Positions 25,751-34,717 of a stretch of 38,026 nucleotides of DNA are shown piece by piece. Origin of the DNA: a virus (taxonomy: Duplodnaviria > Caudoviricetes). The position numbers and the translations under genes are program-made. The notes under the pieces are model-generated. The model made no database searches, was not told the origin of the DNA, and worked only from the letters and a program-made list of their open reading frames with translations. The number at the start of each line of letters is the position of its first letter. Position 1 is the first letter of the stretch. The stretch spans positions 1-38,026 of IMG/VR virus record IMGVR_UViG_3300007986_000034; one strand, 5' to 3'.

Positions 25751-27378
25751 GCGAGCATGATTTCTTTGTCGAGCGGCCTTATCAAGAAGAGGCCGCTGAC
25801 TCTGCCGTCAAATATCTAAATGAAAATAACTGGAAGAAAAATCCAGTTATTGTTCTTCCTACTGGCACTGGCAAAACTATCGTTCTTGCTGGTCTTTGTG
25901 ACAGACTTCTAACTGCTCATCCTTCTAAGACGATTCTTGTTCTTTCTCATTCTGCTGAGATCATAGATCAAGACTATGAAGCTCTTGCTTTTCACTTCGG
26001 TGACGGAATTGGAGTGTATAGCAGCGGTCTTGGATATCGAGAGATTGAAAAGATAACCGTCGCTGGAATTCAATCTGTAAACAGGAATAGAGAGCTGTTT
26101 TCTCATTTTGATTTCGTTATCGTTGACGAAGCTCACACGATAAATCCTGGTCAGAAAGGAATGTACAGAACTCTTTTCAGCGAAATGAGTCCTGAACCAG
26201 TCGTAATAGGATTAACGGCGTCACCTTATCGGCTTGGCACTGGATACATTCACGAAGGGTCAGATTCTGTTTTTGACGACATCGTTTGCGATTACTCCAG
26301 CGGAGAAAAATTCCATTCTTTGATCAAAGACGGATATCTTTGTCGTCTAATCGGCAAAAGAACTAATTACGAGATGGACGTCAGCGGAGTGAAAATCACT
26401 GCCGGTGATTTCAACAACAAACAGCTATCTCAGAAACTCAACAGAGAAGACATCACAAGAATCGCCGTAGAAGAGGTCATCCAGTTCGGAAAGAATTACA
26501 AGAAATGGCTATTCTTTGCAATCGATATAGATCACGCTGAAAGCATAACAAGGATGCTAAAAAATCGTGGTATATCAGCAGGATGCGTCCATTCAAAAAT
26601 GGAAGAAAGCAGAGATCCGATTCTAAAAGACTTCAAAGACGGCAAATTGAAAGCTATCGTCAACGTGAATGTTTTGACGACCGGTTTCAATGTTCCTGAT
26701 ATTGATCTGATCGCAATGATGCGCCCGACAAGTTCGCCAGTCATCCACATTCAAACTCTGGGGAGAGGAACAAGACCTTTCCCAGGAAAGACTCACTGTT
26801 TCGTGCTTGACTTTGGAGGAAACATTAAACGCCTCGGAACTATCGATGACATTGTCATTAAAAAGAAAAAGAAAAAGAAAGGCTCAGGCGGAGTTTGCGC
26901 GAAGGAATGCAAGAACTGTAGTGCGCTGAATCACATCAGAGCTAAAGTTTGTGATGCTTGCGGTGAAGAGTTTGAGATAAAAGAGAAACTTCGCACGACT
27001 GCTGACAGTGCGGACGCGATTCGCAGTAAGATTTTTACTGGAAAGGAAGAGTTCGAAGTTATTATAGAAGAAGCGAATTTGCACAGAAAGTATGGAATGC
27101 CTGATAGCGTTGAAGTCACTTTCCATTGCAAGCAAAGAAATTTCAAAACATGGGTTTGCTTGGAACATGGAGGATACGCTAGTGCGAAAGCTCAAGTGTT
27201 CGTTTCAAGGCGATTTGACAATCCTCCTAAGACCACGAAAGAGTTAATTGAAAGATATCACGAATCTAGAAAGACGACTAAAATAAAAGTTGACTTTTCT
27301 GATCCTAAATTTCCAGAAGTGATCAACACGAAAGTGTCTTTCTCGGAAAAAGTTGAAAAGATAGAAATCCCTTTTTAA
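25747..27378 (+). CDS. SF2 DNA helicase (RadD/UvsW-like) with zinc ribbon
   Basis: RPYQ, PTGTGKT, DEAH, TAS, LTTGFN, QTLGRGTR, CKNC..CDAC. Confidence 0.93.
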   Translation: MSEHDFFVERPYQEEAADSAVKYLNENNWKKNPVIVLPTGTGKTIVLAGLCDRLLTAHPSKTILVLSHSAEIIDQDYEALAFHFGDGIGVYSSGLGYREIEKITVAGIQSVNRNRELFSHFDFVIVDEAHTINPGQKGMYRTLFSEMSPEPVVIGLTASPYRLGTGYIHEGSDSVFDDIVCDYSSGEKFHSLIKDGYLCRLIGKRTNYEMDVSGVKITAGDFNNKQLSQKLNREDITRIAVEEVIQFGKNYKKWLFFAIDIDHAESITRMLKNRGISAGCVHSKMEESRDPILKDFKDGKLKAIVNVNVLTTGFNVPDIDLIAMMRPTSSPVIHIQTLGRGTRPFPGKTHCFVLDFGGNIKRLGTIDDIVIKKKKKKKGSGGVCAKECKNCSALNHIRAKVCDACGEEFEIKEKLRTTADSADAIRSKIFTGKEEFEVIIEEANLHRKYGMPDSVEVTFHCKQRNFKTWVCLEHGGYASAKAQVFVSRRFDNPPKTTKELIERYHESRKTTKIKVDFSDPKFPEVINTKVSFSEKVEKIEIPF

Positions 27379-27397
27379 TCTGATTTTTTGCTTAATT

Positions 27398-27423
27398 AAC
27401 CGACCTCTTCAGGTCGGTTTTTT
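27398..27423 (+). terminator. intrinsic terminator
   Basis: AACCGACCT-cttc-AGGTCGGTT followed by a T run. Confidence 0.85.
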
Positions 27424-27450
27424 GGGAAAATTTTAGGCAAAATCAGAAAA

Positions 27451-27502
27451 TGGACATTTTTTTGACCAGAAATTAAATTGAAAAATGGTCATTTTTTGAC
27501 CA
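27451..27502. promoter_or_regulatory. two palindromic operator-like sites
   Basis: TGGACA-N6-TGACCA and TGGTCA-N5-TGACCA. Confidence 0.6.
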
Positions 27503-27582
27503 AATTTTCCTTTTTTTTGTAAATCCAAATTCGCTGTAAGTCCGGTAGAATAAGGGATTTTTTCATTTTTTTCGGAAAATCC

Positions 27583-27610
27583 TTGTTTTTCGGAAAAAAT
27601 CCTGTAGAAT
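27583..27610 (+). promoter_or_regulatory. putative sigma70 promoter
   Basis: TTGTTT-16 bp-TAGAAT upstream of AAGGAG. Confidence 0.45.
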
Positions 27611-27668
27611 GAATTTTTGTAGCAAATAACACGCGAGCGAGCGCAAAACGCAAACAAGGAGAAACAAC

Positions 27669-28406
27669 ATGAGCATTGACAAAATCAAAGACCGCATTAA
27701 GAAACTTCTTCGCATGGCCGAAGACACAAGTTCTCCCAATGAAGCCGCGATTGCGGCTTCCCGAGCTCAGAAGCTGATGCGTCAGTATCAGCTAGATCAC
27801 GCTGACATTGTCATGGAAGATTTGGACGACCCAGACCAATTGATTTATTCTGAGGTCGGCGAATCTTATCGGAAGATGCCTGGATGGATGCAGTCTATTT
27901 CAGTAAGCATTGCAAGAGCGACTGAAACTCAGGTGAGACTTTCCAGGACTTTTAACAATCGTTTCATTCTCAGATTTGAAGGATACAAGCCAGATGTCGA
28001 ACTTTGCGAATGGCTGATGACATATCTGATGGGTCAAATTGAAAATCAGGTGAAAGCTGAGAAGATTCTGAACAAGAGATTCCCTGCTGACGCGTATGTG
28101 AATTCTCCTACAAAGTATCTGTCTTCCTTCAGAGAAGGACTTGCTGCTGGCATCAGGAAAAAGCTGTCAGAATTCTACGCTGAAGGTTCCGAACAAGTCA
28201 GCGATACTTCAAGAAGCATGATTATCGCTAAAAACAATGCGATCGGCAACAAGTTCGGATTTGCCAGATACGAAAAAAGGTCCGTCAGTGGTAGAGACCG
28301 CTCAGCCTATGCCGCTGGGAACATGGCGTCCCGAAACGTATCGGTGTCGCGCGGCATTACTACTGGCGCTCCTAGCGAAAAGGGTGGACAAAAATTGCTC
28401 AGTTAA
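27669..28406 (+). CDS. DUF2786-domain protein
   Basis: 'KIKDRIKKLLRMAE..SSPNEAAIA..RAQKLMRQY'; 'SFREG'; 'AYAAG'. Confidence 0.85.
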   Translation: MSIDKIKDRIKKLLRMAEDTSSPNEAAIAASRAQKLMRQYQLDHADIVMEDLDDPDQLIYSEVGESYRKMPGWMQSISVSIARATETQVRLSRTFNNRFILRFEGYKPDVELCEWLMTYLMGQIENQVKAEKILNKRFPADAYVNSPTKYLSSFREGLAAGIRKKLSEFYAEGSEQVSDTSRSMIIAKNNAIGNKFGFARYEKRSVSGRDRSAYAAGNMASRNVSVSRGITTGAPSEKGGQKLLS

Positions 28407-28411
28407 TATAT

Positions 28412-28453
28412 TGGTCAAAAATTGTCCATTAAAAAATGGTCAAAAAATGTCCA
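28412..28453. promoter_or_regulatory. two palindromic operator-like sites
   Basis: TGGTCA-N5-TGTCCA twice, immediately upstream of the -35 box. Confidence 0.6.
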
Positions 28454-28463
28454 GAAAAAGTTC

Positions 28464-28492
28464 TTGCAAAAACAGGCGCGTTCATTTATAAT
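28464..28492 (+). promoter_or_regulatory. strong sigma70 promoter
   Basis: TTGCAA-17 bp-TATAAT. Confidence 0.85.
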
Positions 28493-28540
28493 TCACTTAC
28501 TGGCAATTTCGCCAGCTAATCCGCAAATAGGAGAATTAAC

Positions 28541-29329
28541 ATGGCAACTCGCAACTTCGCAATCAACCGTGATTTCGTGGCCTTCCGTCAGGGCGAATTC
28601 GTTTCCTACTCTGTCAACGAGTCCTCGGGAGAATTCATTCTCAACGAAGACAGTGACTTCACGAAAGCGACTCTCGTCGAAATCGCCGAAGCGAATGATT
28701 TGCAAATCAATCTCAGTCTCAAGAAGACTGAATTCCACAACGAACTTCTCAATCAACTCTCAAGCAAGGAAATTCCTACCATGGACCAGAAGCCGCAAAC
28801 CGAACTCGTCAAGGAAATCGTTCAGCAGGGATCAGAGTCCGGCATGAGCGATGATGACATGCTGATCAAGATTGTCGAGGCCGGTATCAAGTTCAGCGCC
28901 GCGATGAAAATGTTCCGCGATGCACAGCAATCGCTCGGACTTCGCCTCACCGCGAAAAATCGTCGTGAATTCGTTGCTGACATCCTGGGAGACGATTTTG
29001 CGCCTACCAGCATCGACGAGCTGAACGTTGCAATCGCGAAGGTCGCCACTCATGACGCAATCTCCGAAGCTCAAGCTCGCGGTTCGGTGCGCAAGTATCT
29101 CCGCGATCATGAGCGCGAAATTCCGGCTGCTGCGAAAGCCGCTGTCTCTGGCGGCATCCGAGGAAAGGTCCTGGACTTCCTGGTCGAGAATCCTTCCGCG
29201 ACCTCGGGCGAACTCCAGAGCTTCATCTCTGACAATCAGCCTGACGAAGACAAGGCGAAGAAGCTGGCTCGCTGGTCTACCAACTATCTCGTTCTCGCGA
29301 ATCGTCTCGCGACCAGCCTGGAAAGCTGA
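28541..29329 (+). CDS. hypothetical helical protein, monocistronic
   Basis: Own promoter, AGGAG RBS and terminator. Confidence 0.8.
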   Translation: MATRNFAINRDFVAFRQGEFVSYSVNESSGEFILNEDSDFTKATLVEIAEANDLQINLSLKKTEFHNELLNQLSSKEIPTMDQKPQTELVKEIVQQGSESGMSDDDMLIKIVEAGIKFSAAMKMFRDAQQSLGLRLTAKNRREFVADILGDDFAPTSIDELNVAIAKVATHDAISEAQARGSVRKYLRDHEREIPAAAKAAVSGGIRGKVLDFLVENPSATSGELQSFISDNQPDEDKAKKLARWSTNYLVLANRLATSLES

Positions 29330-29353
29330 TTCGTCTCAGTTTTCTCAGTAAGG

Positions 29354-29385
29354 AAAAAGTCCGGATTCGTCCGGACTTTTTTTTT
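29354..29385 (+). terminator. intrinsic (likely bidirectional) terminator
   Basis: AAAAAGTCCGGA-TTCG-TCCGGACTTTTTTTT. Confidence 0.92.
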
Positions 29386-29538
29386 GACTTGTGCTCACCA
29401 GCGTCCCTAGCGCTCCTAGCGCCCGAGCAGCAGGTCTTTGAAGCGTTCGGAGACGACAGATGTCCTTGGAAAGTCTACGCGAAAGTATTGAAAACATTTA
29501 CTGAAGACTCATCAGTCGATACTTTTCATCTTTTTGAT

Positions 29539-29569
29539 TTGCAATCAGAAACTGTTCTTGTGGTAAAAT
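29539..29569 (+). promoter_or_regulatory. putative promoter of the sulfotransferase-DnaE operon
   Basis: Extended -10 TGG-TAAAAT with TTGCAA 19 bp upstream (long spacer). Confidence 0.5.
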
Positions 29570-29600
29570 AGCTGTTCGGCTATCTGACTAGGAAAATCTC

Positions 29601-30425
29601 ATGCGCCAATCAATGATGCCCGACGTCTATATCATCGGGTCCCCGAGAGCGGGGACGACCTCTTTATATCATCTGCTTGACTCTCATCCTCAGATCTGCG
29701 GAACGAGACCGAAAGAGCCGATGTTCTTTGAACACGATGCCAGCATCGGTTCAAGAGGTCATGCTTTCGCCACAGAGCATTACTCTGGCGAAGACTTGAT
29801 AATGACAGCTAACACGCGCCTATGCTGGATCAAATATTGCGCCGAGAGAGTTTGGTACTTCTCACCTAATGCAAAGATATTTCTTTGTGTCCGCAACCCG
29901 ATAGAAAGATTCTATTCTCATTGGTCTTTCTTGCGGAACAAGCTCTGTGGTCGTGAGCACAGAGGATTTGACGAAGTGGTGAGAGGATCTATATCTTCCT
30001 TTGACCCTCATGCTTTCTGGGAAGAATCTGAAATCATTCCAAAGAGCGATCGGTATGCTGGATATTATATTGACCATCTTCTTCATTGCGGATTGTATTC
30101 AGAAGCATATCGAAGATATGCTAGATTCTATGGACCAGAGAATATTATGATCGTTCCTGTCGGATCTCTTGAAAAGAAGAGATTGGGAATTTTTCGTCAT
30201 ATTGGTATGGACGGGTCTTTGGCTCTGCCAGACAAGAAAGTAAAGATCGACAAACGATGGCCGAGTATAGACCGTGAGTCTTCTATGAATGCGGAACAGA
30301 TTTGGAAAAAATATCCCAGGTCCTACGAGATGCTCTACACTTTCTATCATCCACACAATGTAGACCTTTCTAGACATCTTCCAAATAATGAAGATGCAAT
30401 TGAAATCCTTGGAGCCGAGCTATGA
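29601..30425 (+). CDS. PAPS-dependent sulfotransferase
   Basis: 5'-PSB loop 'IIGSPRAGTTSL...HPQI', 'KEPMFF', 3'-PB motif 'RNPIERFYS'. Confidence 0.88.
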   Translation: MRQSMMPDVYIIGSPRAGTTSLYHLLDSHPQICGTRPKEPMFFEHDASIGSRGHAFATEHYSGEDLIMTANTRLCWIKYCAERVWYFSPNAKIFLCVRNPIERFYSHWSFLRNKLCGREHRGFDEVVRGSISSFDPHAFWEESEIIPKSDRYAGYYIDHLLHCGLYSEAYRRYARFYGPENIMIVPVGSLEKKRLGIFRHIGMDGSLALPDKKVKIDKRWPSIDRESSMNAEQIWKKYPRSYEMLYTFYHPHNVDLSRHLPNNEDAIEILGAEL

Positions 30426-30958
30426 TATTTCTTGATACAGAAACTACTGGTCTTCTAAGTGCGACAGTCAACGAATTAGAGAATCAGCCAAGAATTACTG
30501 AGATAGCAATGGTGAAGACCACTGACGATTTAGATTTTGTTGATCAAATGGAAACTCTGATTGACCCTCAGACATTGATAAATGATCAGGTGTCGAAAAT
30601 TACTGGAATAACGTCTGACATGGTTAAAGGCAAGCCGACATTCCCAGAGATTTACATGGATGTCGCGAATTTCTTTGTTGGAGAGACGACTGTAGTCGCT
30701 CATAATTGTTCATTTGACATGGGTATGCTCTGGGTCGAGCTTGCAAGAATGGAGAGAGAATTCCATTTCCCATGGCCGATAAATTGGATATGCACAGTTG
30801 AGAAGTCTTATCATATCTCTCGTTGCAGATTGAAGCTCAGAGATTTACACTATAACGCAGCTGGTTCGTTTCACGACGAGAAAGCTCATAGAGCGATGGA
30901 AGACGTATACGCTCTGATTCGTTGCTTCAAATGGATGAAAAAGGAAAACATGGTATGA
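30422..30958 (+). CDS. DEDDh 3'-5' exonuclease (Pol III epsilon/DnaQ-like)
   Basis: 'FLDTETTG', 'VAHNCSFD', 'AHRAMED'. Confidence 0.92.
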   Translation: MIFLDTETTGLLSATVNELENQPRITEIAMVKTTDDLDFVDQMETLIDPQTLINDQVSKITGITSDMVKGKPTFPEIYMDVANFFVGETTVVAHNCSFDMGMLWVELARMEREFHFPWPINWICTVEKSYHISRCRLKLRDLHYNAAGSFHDEKAHRAMEDVYALIRCFKWMKKENMV

Positions 30959-33783
30959 TCAATATCGCTCTTCGCTCTGAGTACTCTTTCAAACAGACTT
31001 TCTGTTTTCTCAGCGCAATGATCGAACAAGACCCAAATGAAATAATTGGAGTAGCCGATCTAAATAATACATACTCTCATTATAAATTTGAAGCTTTGTG
31101 TCACAAGAATTCTAAGGCTCCGTTGTTCGGCGTTCGTCTTATGGTAGTGAGAGATCCGACTTCGCGTCCTAAAGGAAGAGGGCAGTTCGGTCACGTCTAT
31201 GTTTTCATAGCCAAGAACCATGACGGTCTAAAAGAAATCTATGAACTAACAACTCTCGCTACTCGTAACTTTTTTTATAGACCATTGGTCGGTCTAGTTG
31301 ACGTTTGGAAGCTCAGTGACAATGTAGTAGTAATTGCAGAAAGCTATGAACTCGCTGAAAGAGTCGATTATCTTGGCATCTCTTTTCGGACTCCGAAATA
31401 TTTAATTGAAAAAAGCGCTCTTCCCAAAGTCGCGATGAGTTCACATTCTTATGTGAGACCCGAAGACAGAGAAGTTTTTGAAATATTCCAAGGGAACAAT
31501 TTTTCTGGAAATACTTATCCAGGACACATCCTCACAGAAAAAGAGTGGATGATCTACTTTAACGATCAGTCCGCTGTAGATAATACATACGTCATCGCCG
31601 AAAAATGCAAAGGAGTCAAGCTTAAGAAAGCCACTCCGATCATTTACGACTCCGGAGAAGACATTGTTGGTCTTTGCATAGAAGGAGCGAAGAAGAAAGG
31701 CATTGACTTTAACGACCCTGTCTACAAGAACAGATTTGAGCACGAAATGGAATTGATAAAAAGCAAAGGATTCGTGGATTATTTTTTGATTGTTTCAGAC
31801 ATGGTCCGACATGCAAAAAAGACGATGTTGGTAGGTCCTGGTCGTGGGTCAGCCGGAGGTAGTCTCGTCTGCTATCTTCTTGACATCACAGCAGTTGATC
31901 CAATAAAATACAACTTGCTTTTTGAAAGGTTTATCAATCCGACTCGTTTAGACCTTCCTGACATAGACGTAGACTTTCCAGACAAATATCGTCATAAAGT
32001 CACAGAGAGACTCACAGACAAATATGGCGAAAATCATGTTAATCATCTTGGTTTAATCGCAACGATGAAGCCTAGAGGAACAATCCGTCTCTTTGCAAAG
32101 AGAACCTTCGTTCCAGAACAAGAGATCGATGCAGTCTTGACAGGTGTCGTGACTCGCTCAACCGGAGACGTTCGTTTCTCAAATTGCATTGACGATACAT
32201 TAAAAGAGACTCAGTCTGGAAGAGACCTGCTAGAGAAATATCCTCGCATGTCTCTGTGCGGAAGAATTGAAGGTCATGCAAGCAATTCTGGAATTCATGC
32301 TGCCGCGATGATTGTCACTAACGAGGAGCTTTTCAACTTCGCCGCGACCGATGAGAGGAGCGGCGCGATAATGCTTGAAAAGTCAGACACGAAGATAAAT
32401 GAAATGTTGAAGATTGACTGTCTTGGTCTCAAGACTTTGACAATCTTGCAAGAAACTGCGGAGCTCGCAGGATTTGACTGGCATGAATATTACAGATTAG
32501 ACTTTGAAGACGACAATGTCTTTAAACAGTTTCGTGAAGTTAACACTCGCGGGATATTTCAGTTTGAAGGATATGCTTTGCAGAATTTATGCAGATCAAT
32601 CAAAGTCAAGAACCTTGACGACATATCCGCGATCAATGCTTTGTCTCGCCCTGGACCTTTGCACGGAGGATCAACCGCGAAGTTCGCAGAGATGCATTCA
32701 GGAGGGGTGGAGCCAGAACCTATCGTGGACCATCCTGTAGTTCGGAAAATAACTGACTTGACGCTTGGCAATCTAGTTTATCAAGAGCAAATTATGGAGT
32801 TAGCTCGCGATCTTGCCGGTCTTGGTCCAGAGGCTGTCGCTCAGGTAAGAAAGCTGGTAGCAAATCGTCAAGGAGGAGAAGCTTTTGAGAGGATGAAAGA
32901 AGAGTTTATTAAAGGAGCAACAGACAACGGTCTTGACGCTGAGAAAGCTGATTTTCTTTGGGGAAGGATGGTTACGTTTGGATCTTATGGATTTAATAAA
33001 TCTCATTCGGTAGCATACGGCATCATCAGTTACTGGACAGCATGGGCGAAGTTTTATTACCCGACTGAATTCGCTTGTTCTTTCCTCAACAACACCTCTG
33101 ACCTGAATGACAAAAGAAAACTACTGAGAGAGATGACTGATAAGTACAAAGTTAAAGTTCGAGTTTTCGATGAAGAGGTTTCTGGCGTGAAATGGGAAAT
33201 ACACAAAGGCGTCATCGTTGGACCTTATACGAACATTAAAGGGATCGGAGTAGCTGGAGCTAAGAAACTTGTGTCTTGTAGAAACAAAGGAGAGACTCCT
33301 CCTCCTGGTCTCTTAAGGAAGCTTTTCAGTTCAGAAAATGAAATGGCAACAATTTTCCCTTGTCGCGACTATTGGGGAGAACTTTGGGACGATCCAGAAG
33401 CTTTTGGATTGCCCTATCCTCCAACAGAAATAGAGAAAGTGACAAAGAAAGGTGAATACATTATCGTTGGAAAGCTCGTGAGGAGAAATGTACGAGACCT
33501 AAACGAAGAATCAAACGTTCGTAAAAGAGGCGGAGAAGTTTACGAGACCGACACATATCTAATGAATATGACGGTGGAAGATGACACAGACAGCGCGATA
33601 TGTCGGATAAGCAGACAAGACTTCGGAAAGCTCGCGAAACCGATAATAAATACAGGACGAGAAGGGATAGACTGGTATTTAATAAAAGGGAACATCATTT
33701 CAGACGAATTCAGGATGTTCTTTGTAAAGTCTATCTATTGCCTTGGAGACGGCATCACAGAAACAATCGAGGACATAAGATAA
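30955..33783 (+). CDS. dnaE: DNA polymerase III alpha subunit (family C)
   Basis: PHP-like N-terminus, 'GPGRGSAGGSLV', 'FERFINP.R..LPDIDVDF', 'KIDCLGL', 'YGFNKSH'. Confidence 0.95.
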   Translation: MINIALRSEYSFKQTFCFLSAMIEQDPNEIIGVADLNNTYSHYKFEALCHKNSKAPLFGVRLMVVRDPTSRPKGRGQFGHVYVFIAKNHDGLKEIYELTTLATRNFFYRPLVGLVDVWKLSDNVVVIAESYELAERVDYLGISFRTPKYLIEKSALPKVAMSSHSYVRPEDREVFEIFQGNNFSGNTYPGHILTEKEWMIYFNDQSAVDNTYVIAEKCKGVKLKKATPIIYDSGEDIVGLCIEGAKKKGIDFNDPVYKNRFEHEMELIKSKGFVDYFLIVSDMVRHAKKTMLVGPGRGSAGGSLVCYLLDITAVDPIKYNLLFERFINPTRLDLPDIDVDFPDKYRHKVTERLTDKYGENHVNHLGLIATMKPRGTIRLFAKRTFVPEQEIDAVLTGVVTRSTGDVRFSNCIDDTLKETQSGRDLLEKYPRMSLCGRIEGHASNSGIHAAAMIVTNEELFNFAATDERSGAIMLEKSDTKINEMLKIDCLGLKTLTILQETAELAGFDWHEYYRLDFEDDNVFKQFREVNTRGIFQFEGYALQNLCRSIKVKNLDDISAINALSRPGPLHGGSTAKFAEMHSGGVEPEPIVDHPVVRKITDLTLGNLVYQEQIMELARDLAGLGPEAVAQVRKLVANRQGGEAFERMKEEFIKGATDNGLDAEKADFLWGRMVTFGSYGFNKSHSVAYGIISYWTAWAKFYYPTEFACSFLNNTSDLNDKRKLLREMTDKYKVKVRVFDEEVSGVKWEIHKGVIVGPYTNIKGIGVAGAKKLVSCRNKGETPPPGLLRKLFSSENEMATIFPCRDYWGELWDDPEAFGLPYPPTEIEKVTKKGEYIIVGKLVRRNVRDLNEESNVRKRGGEVYETDTYLMNMTVEDDTDSAICRISRQDFGKLAKPIINTGREGIDWYLIKGNIISDEFRMFFVKSIYCLGDGITETIEDIR

Positions 33784-34706
33784 TGAAGCAAATCATCGGA
33801 GCAGGTTTCAGCGGGCTCATCGCAGCCACTCAGTTCAGGACCGCAGACGTTTTTGAAATAAGTAAGAGATTTCAGTCACACAATGCACTTTTGCGTTTCA
33901 AGACCGACGTCATTTCTCGCATTACTGGAATTCCTTTTAGAAAGGTCAGAGTTCAGAAAAATATTTGCATTGACGGGTCTGTCAAAGAATCGACAGACAT
34001 ATTTCTATGCAATCTGTACAGCAGAAAAGTTACAGGGAAGATTCTTAACAGAAGTATCGCAGACATAAGAACTGTAGATCGTTTCGTAGCGCCAAATGAC
34101 TTCTATGACAAACTTATAGAAGTCGTCGGAGAAAGTCGGATACACTGGGAGGAAACAACTGACTTCGTTGGAAACGACCTTCAAGTTCTTTCTACTATCC
34201 CGATGAACGTCATAGCAAAAATGACACCTCTTGGGAGAATATTGAGAGACCAGTCTTTCGATTATAAGAACATCCTGGTATACGTCGGGACAGTAAAAAA
34301 CTCAGATGTGTTTCAGACGATGTATTTTCCAGGACCAGAGACTTCAATTTATCGAGCATCGATAACTGGAGACAAAATCATCATCGAGTCACTGTCTGAC
34401 TTAAAGGAAGAAGACCTTCGATATGCTATGAATTCTTTTGGCATTTCCATTGAAGACATAGAAGAAGGTCGTCTTGTAAAAAGACCTCAGCGTTATGGTA
34501 AAATAAGTCCTATTGACGAGAGAGCCAGAAGAGCTTTCGTTCTAGCGCTCACCGCTAATCACAATATCTATTCCATCGGAAGGTTCGCGGTCTGGAAAAA
34601 TATTTTGTTGGATGACTTAGCAGGAGACATTGAACTGGTGAAAAAGATTTCCGCGAATGACGAGTATCGAAAACTAATTGAAATGTCTTTAAATGACGAT
34701 TCGTAA
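33783..34706 (+). CDS. FAD/NAD-binding oxidoreductase (Glf/UDP-galactopyranose-mutase-like fold)
   Basis: N-terminal 'IIGAGFSGLIAA', C-terminal 'IYSIGRFAVWK..LLDD'; TAATG coupling to dnaE. Confidence 0.7.
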   Translation: MKQIIGAGFSGLIAATQFRTADVFEISKRFQSHNALLRFKTDVISRITGIPFRKVRVQKNICIDGSVKESTDIFLCNLYSRKVTGKILNRSIADIRTVDRFVAPNDFYDKLIEVVGESRIHWEETTDFVGNDLQVLSTIPMNVIAKMTPLGRILRDQSFDYKNILVYVGTVKNSDVFQTMYFPGPETSIYRASITGDKIIIESLSDLKEEDLRYAMNSFGISIEDIEEGRLVKRPQRYGKISPIDERARRAFVLALTANHNIYSIGRFAVWKNILLDDLAGDIELVKKISANDEYRKLIEMSLNDDS

Positions 34707-34717
34707 AGGAGATGGTT

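Noticed and set aside
33600-33782. Upstream extension of the oxidoreductase ORF
   Set aside because: It overlaps dnaE; the Rossmann motif begins right after the TAATG-coupled ATG at 33783.
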